Shown piece after piece: positions 55,770 to 59,248 of a stretch of 59,248 nucleotides of DNA. Origin of the DNA: Pseudomonadota bacterium. GTDB taxonomy: Bacteria > Desulfobacterota > Desulfovibrionia > Desulfovibrionales > Desulfomicrobiaceae. Position 1 is the first letter of the stretch. Each line of letters begins with the position of its first letter. Both the position numbers and the translations under genes were made by a program. The stretch lies in the NCBI GenBank assembly GCA_030529235.1, contig JAUMXF010000002.1, forward strand, positions 1 to 59,248. The letters are read 5' to 3'. A model generated the notes under the pieces. That model did not search any database, was not told where the DNA came from, and saw only the letters and a program-made list of their open reading frames with translations.

Positions 55770-57755
55770 GTGATTCTGCCGTTTTTTTCCTCCATCCGCC
55801 GCAATCTGGCCCTGCTGGTCCTCGTGTCCATGGCGCCGGCTCTGGTCATTGTGCTTTTCACCGGACGCGCTCTGCATGAGGCCATGGTCCGCAGCGCCGA
55901 AAACGCCGCTCTGCGCCAGATCCAGGCCATGTCCGCACACCACGAGCATGTGGTGGACAGCGCCCGGCTGCTGCTGGCCACCCTGGCCAAATCACGGGAG
56001 GTGCGGCTGGGCTCCCCGCGTGAAGCGCAGCAGCTGCTCGAAGAAATACTTGCCCGCAACGGGGCCTACTGCGCTCTGGCTCTGGCCGACGCCGCGGGCC
56101 GTATCGTGGCCGTCTCGCCGCCGGGCTCTCTCTCCAGCATCGAAAATGAAGGCTATTTTCAGGAATCCGTGGCCGGAATGCGTTTTACCATGGGCGCGTA
56201 TCATCTGGCTCCCGGTCCTTCCCGCCGCGTGGTCATCGAATTCGCACAGCCCGTGTCCGCTCCGGATGGTTCTGTGCACGGCGTGCTCGTGGCTTCTTTT
56301 GATCTGAATTATTTCGGCCGTGTTTTCGCCGACGCACATCTGCCGGAAGGTTCGGTTTTCACTCTGACCGATGCAGCGGGTATGCGTCTGACCCGCTTTC
56401 CGGAAACGGAAAAATACACTTGGGTGCCGGATTTGCCGCAGATGATCGAGCGCATGTCCGGAGAGCGGGCCGAAGGGGTTTTTCTGGAAACCGGCGTGGA
56501 CGGCGTGCGCAGGCTTTACAGCTTCAAGCGCATGTATTTCATGGACACGCCTTCGCGGCATCTGATGATCCGTCTCGGACAGCCGGAGGACCTGGCCCTG
56601 GCCAAGGCCCGGAGCGCCGTTTACCGGAATGCCGTGCTGCTCGCTCTGGCTGCCGTGCTGGCCGCGATCGGGGCCTGGTTCGTGGGGGAATTCATCATCA
56701 TGCGCCGGGTGAACCGCCTGATGGCGGCTGCCGACCGTCTGGGTTCCGGAGATCTGGGCACGCGCACCGGCCTCGAGCGCGAAGGCGGAGAGATGGGGCG
56801 GCTGGCTGCGGCCTTCAACCGCATGGCCGAAAGTCTGGAGGATCAGGACCGGGAGCGCCGCCGCGCCGAGGAGGAACTCTGCATTCTGAATACGGAGCTG
56901 GAGGACCGCGTGTCCCGGCGTACGGGCGAACTGGCCAGGGCCAACGCGGAACTGCAGGCCGCTCTGGACGATCTGAGGCAGGCCCAGAGCCAGCTGGTCA
57001 TGGCCGAGAAGCTGGCGGCTCTGGGCGGGCTGGTGGCCGGTGTGGCTCACGAGATCAATACGCCTGTGGGCGTGGCGCTTTCGGCCTCTTCCACCCTGGC
57101 CGAGAAGACCCGGAACATCCGCGAGCTGTTCGAGACCGGCGGGATGAGGCGTTCGGATCTGACGGCGTATCTGGATTCCGCCCGGGAGGGGGTGGAGATG
57201 GGCGTTTTGAATCTGCACCGGGCCTCGGAGCTGATCCGCAGCTTCAAGATGGTGGCGGCGGATCAGGTTTCGGAGGTCCGGCGGCGGTTCATGGTGCGGG
57301 AATATGTGGAGGAAATCCTGCTCAGTCTGCGCCCCAAGCTCAAGAAGACCGCTCTCCGGGTGGAGGTGGAATGCGACGCGGAGCTGTGCATCGACAGCTA
57401 TCCCGGAGCGTTCTCGCAGATTCTGACCAATTTCGTGATCAATTCCCTGACCCACGCCTTTGACGAGGGACAGGCCGGGGTGATCCGCATTGCCGTGAGG
57501 ATGGACGGGGCCGCGCTGGTCCTCAGCTATTCCGATGACGGGCGGGGCATTCCGCCCGAGGCGCAGGACAAGATTTTCGATCCCTTCTATACATCGGCCC
57601 GGTCCAGAGGCTCCACCGGACTGGGGCTGCATATCGTGTTCAACGTCGTCACCCGCACCCTGAACGGCTCCGTGACCTGCTGCAGCGAGCCCGGCCGTGG
57701 AACCACGTTTGTGGTGCGTTTCCCCTGCGAAGAGGCCGGTCATGACGGACAGTGA
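55770..57755 (+). CDS. Sensor histidine kinase (dCache-HAMP-HisKA-HATPase)
   Basis: Two TM segments, HAMP, EKLAALGGLVAGVAHEINTP, NS..HAF, DDGRGI and GLGL. GTG start follows GGAGG. Confidence 0.92.
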   Translation: MILPFFSSIRRNLALLVLVSMAPALVIVLFTGRALHEAMVRSAENAALRQIQAMSAHHEHVVDSARLLLATLAKSREVRLGSPREAQQLLEEILARNGAYCALALADAAGRIVAVSPPGSLSSIENEGYFQESVAGMRFTMGAYHLAPGPSRRVVIEFAQPVSAPDGSVHGVLVASFDLNYFGRVFADAHLPEGSVFTLTDAAGMRLTRFPETEKYTWVPDLPQMIERMSGERAEGVFLETGVDGVRRLYSFKRMYFMDTPSRHLMIRLGQPEDLALAKARSAVYRNAVLLALAAVLAAIGAWFVGEFIIMRRVNRLMAAADRLGSGDLGTRTGLEREGGEMGRLAAAFNRMAESLEDQDRERRRAEEELCILNTELEDRVSRRTGELARANAELQAALDDLRQAQSQLVMAEKLAALGGLVAGVAHEINTPVGVALSASSTLAEKTRNIRELFETGGMRRSDLTAYLDSAREGVEMGVLNLHRASELIRSFKMVAADQVSEVRRRFMVREYVEEILLSLRPKLKKTALRVEVECDAELCIDSYPGAFSQILTNFVINSLTHAFDEGQAGVIRIAVRMDGAALVLSYSDDGRGIPPEAQDKIFDPFYTSARSRGSTGLGLHIVFNVVTRTLNGSVTCCSEPGRGTTFVVRFPCEEAGHDGQ

Positions 57756-59248
57756 AGAAATTCTGTTCATGGACGAAGAGCCTTCCAGCCTTGTCGCGGC
57801 GGAAGAGAGTCCGTGGAAAATTCTGATCGTGGACGACGAGGCCGATGTGCACGGTGTGACCGCATACATGCTGTCGGGGCGGACATACGAGGGCCGCGCG
57901 TTTCATTTTCTGCACGCCTATTCCGGGGCGGAGGCCAGGGAAGTGCTGGCCGCCCATCCAGACACGGCCATCGTGCTGCTGGATGTGGTCATGGAGACGG
58001 ACGACAGCGGGCTGCGGCTGGTCCGGTACATCCGCGAGGAGTTGAAAAACCGCGCCGTGAGGATCATCCTGCGCACGGGCCAGCCGGGAAAGGCTCCGGC
58101 CACCCAAGTCATTCTCGATTACGACATCGACGACTACAAGGAAAAGACCGAGCTGACCCTGGAAAAGATGCTGGTGGTCGTTGTCTCGGCTTTGCGCTGC
58201 TTCGCCCTCATCAATGCCATGGAGGAGCACCGGCGCGGATTGCGGTGCATCATCGAGGCATCTTCCAACATTTTCGGCCGCCAGTCCCTGCAGAAACTGG
58301 GGATGGGCGTATTGGCCCAGCTGACCTCACTTCTCGGCCTCGGAAAGGACCGTATGTACTCTCACACTTCCGGGCTGGCCGCCTCAGGTATTCAGGGAGT
58401 GCGGACGGTGCTGGCCGCCACGGGGGAGTTTTCCCGGTATGTGGACCGGCCCATGCGGCAGGTGAGCGAAGATACCGTGCACAGCGCTCTGGACAGGGCC
58501 AGGGCGGAGCCGCATGGACTGTATTGCGAGCAGGGCGTCTGCGCCTGGTATTTTCAAGGCAGGACGGGGTCGGAGAATTTTCTGTATTTTGAAACGTCCA
58601 GGAATCTGGATGAAAAAGACCGGGATCTGCTGGCCCTTTTTTTCACCAACGCTTCGCTGGCCTTCGACAACCTGTTTCTGAACAAAGGCATCGAGGACAC
58701 GCAGAAGGAAATCATCTACCACATGGCGGAGACCGTGGAATGCCGGTCCGCCGAGACGGGCGGCCATGTGCGCCGGGTGGCGGAGCTGGCCCGCCTGCTG
58801 GCCCTGAAATACGGCCTGGGAGAGGAAGAGGCCGAGATGCTCAAACTCGCCTCCACCGTGCATGACCTGGGCAAGATAGGCATCCCCGACGCGGTGCTGA
58901 ACAAGGCCGGAGAGCTGAGCGCGGAAGAGTTTGAAGTCATCAAGAGTCATGTGTGGCGCGGGTATGAGATGTTGTCCCATGCCCGGAGCCCTGTCATGCG
59001 CGCGGCGGCCCGGATCGTTCTCACGCATCACGAACGCTGGGACGGCGAAGGCTATCCGCAGGGCCTCATCGGAGAGGACATTCCGATTCACGGGCGAATC
59101 GTGGCCGTGGCCGACGTGTTTGACGCCCTGGCCAGCAGCCGGGTTTACCATCAGGCCTGGCCCTGGAAGGACATATTCGACTATTTTCTGGAGCAGAGCG
59201 GCCGGCATTTCGATCCGTGCCTGGTGGAGTCGCTCTTGCAGCACCGCG
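57742..59248 (+). CDS. Response regulator REC-DUF3369-HD-GYP (putative c-di-GMP phosphodiesterase), 3'-truncated by the window edge
   Basis: Absent from the ORF track because it has no stop in the window. The frame from ATG 57742 reads WKILIVDDE..LLDVVME..IILRTGQPG..ETGGHVRRV..HDLGKIG (58861)..HHERWDGEGYP..VAVADVFDAL. Confidence 0.92.
   Translation, partial: MTDSEEILFMDEEPSSLVAAEESPWKILIVDDEADVHGVTAYMLSGRTYEGRAFHFLHAYSGAEAREVLAAHPDTAIVLLDVVMETDDSGLRLVRYIREELKNRAVRIILRTGQPGKAPATQVILDYDIDDYKEKTELTLEKMLVVVVSALRCFALINAMEEHRRGLRCIIEASSNIFGRQSLQKLGMGVLAQLTSLLGLGKDRMYSHTSGLAASGIQGVRTVLAATGEFSRYVDRPMRQVSEDTVHSALDRARAEPHGLYCEQGVCAWYFQGRTGSENFLYFETSRNLDEKDRDLLALFFTNASLAFDNLFLNKGIEDTQKEIIYHMAETVECRSAETGGHVRRVAELARLLALKYGLGEEEAEMLKLASTVHDLGKIGIPDAVLNKAGELSAEEFEVIKSHVWRGYEMLSHARSPVMRAAARIVLTHHERWDGEGYPQGLIGEDIPIHGRIVAVADVFDALASSRVYHQAWPWKDIFDYFLEQSGRHFDPCLVESLLQHR

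Noticed and set aside
1-59248. CRISPR array, rRNA, IS elements, prophage or defence systems
   Set aside because: I saw no regularly spaced repeats and no transposase, integrase, phage or nuclease-system genes.

Overview
GC-rich chromosomal window from a sulfate-reducing deltaproteobacterium. The HysA/HysB sequences look like Desulfomicrobium, judged from recalled family sequences and not from a database search. Most of the window is housekeeping. In order it carries: a periplasmic [NiFeSe] hydrogenase operon (hysB-hysA-protease) whose large subunit has an in-frame selenocysteine UGA and a SECIS-like hairpin that the ORF track truncates; a response regulator with a 1055-aa degenerate-PHP membrane protein; ybaK; FMN riboswitch-ribB; typA; a cheA-MCP-cheW-cheB-cheR cluster; birA-pyc-ppsA; pgk-tpiA-secG-tRNA-Leu(GAG); msrBA-cysK-cysE; a PAS hybrid kinase with a PAS-LuxR regulator; cutA-miaB; tolQRAB-pal; fliJ-motE-truA; an orphan ThiY-like binding protein; an LprI-like gene; two Cys-rich mini-ORFs behind an AT-rich operator region, converging on a YcgR/YcgQ-like metal permease pair; a Na/Pi cotransporter; and a kinase with a REC-DUF3369-HD-GYP partner that runs off the right edge. 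I saw no CRISPR array, rRNA, transposase, integrase or prophage. The best candidates for something undescribed are the putatively metal-regulated Cys-rich mini-operon (51190-51824) and the pseudo-PHP membrane protein with its response regulator (3950-7547). Both functional ideas are inferences that need testing.
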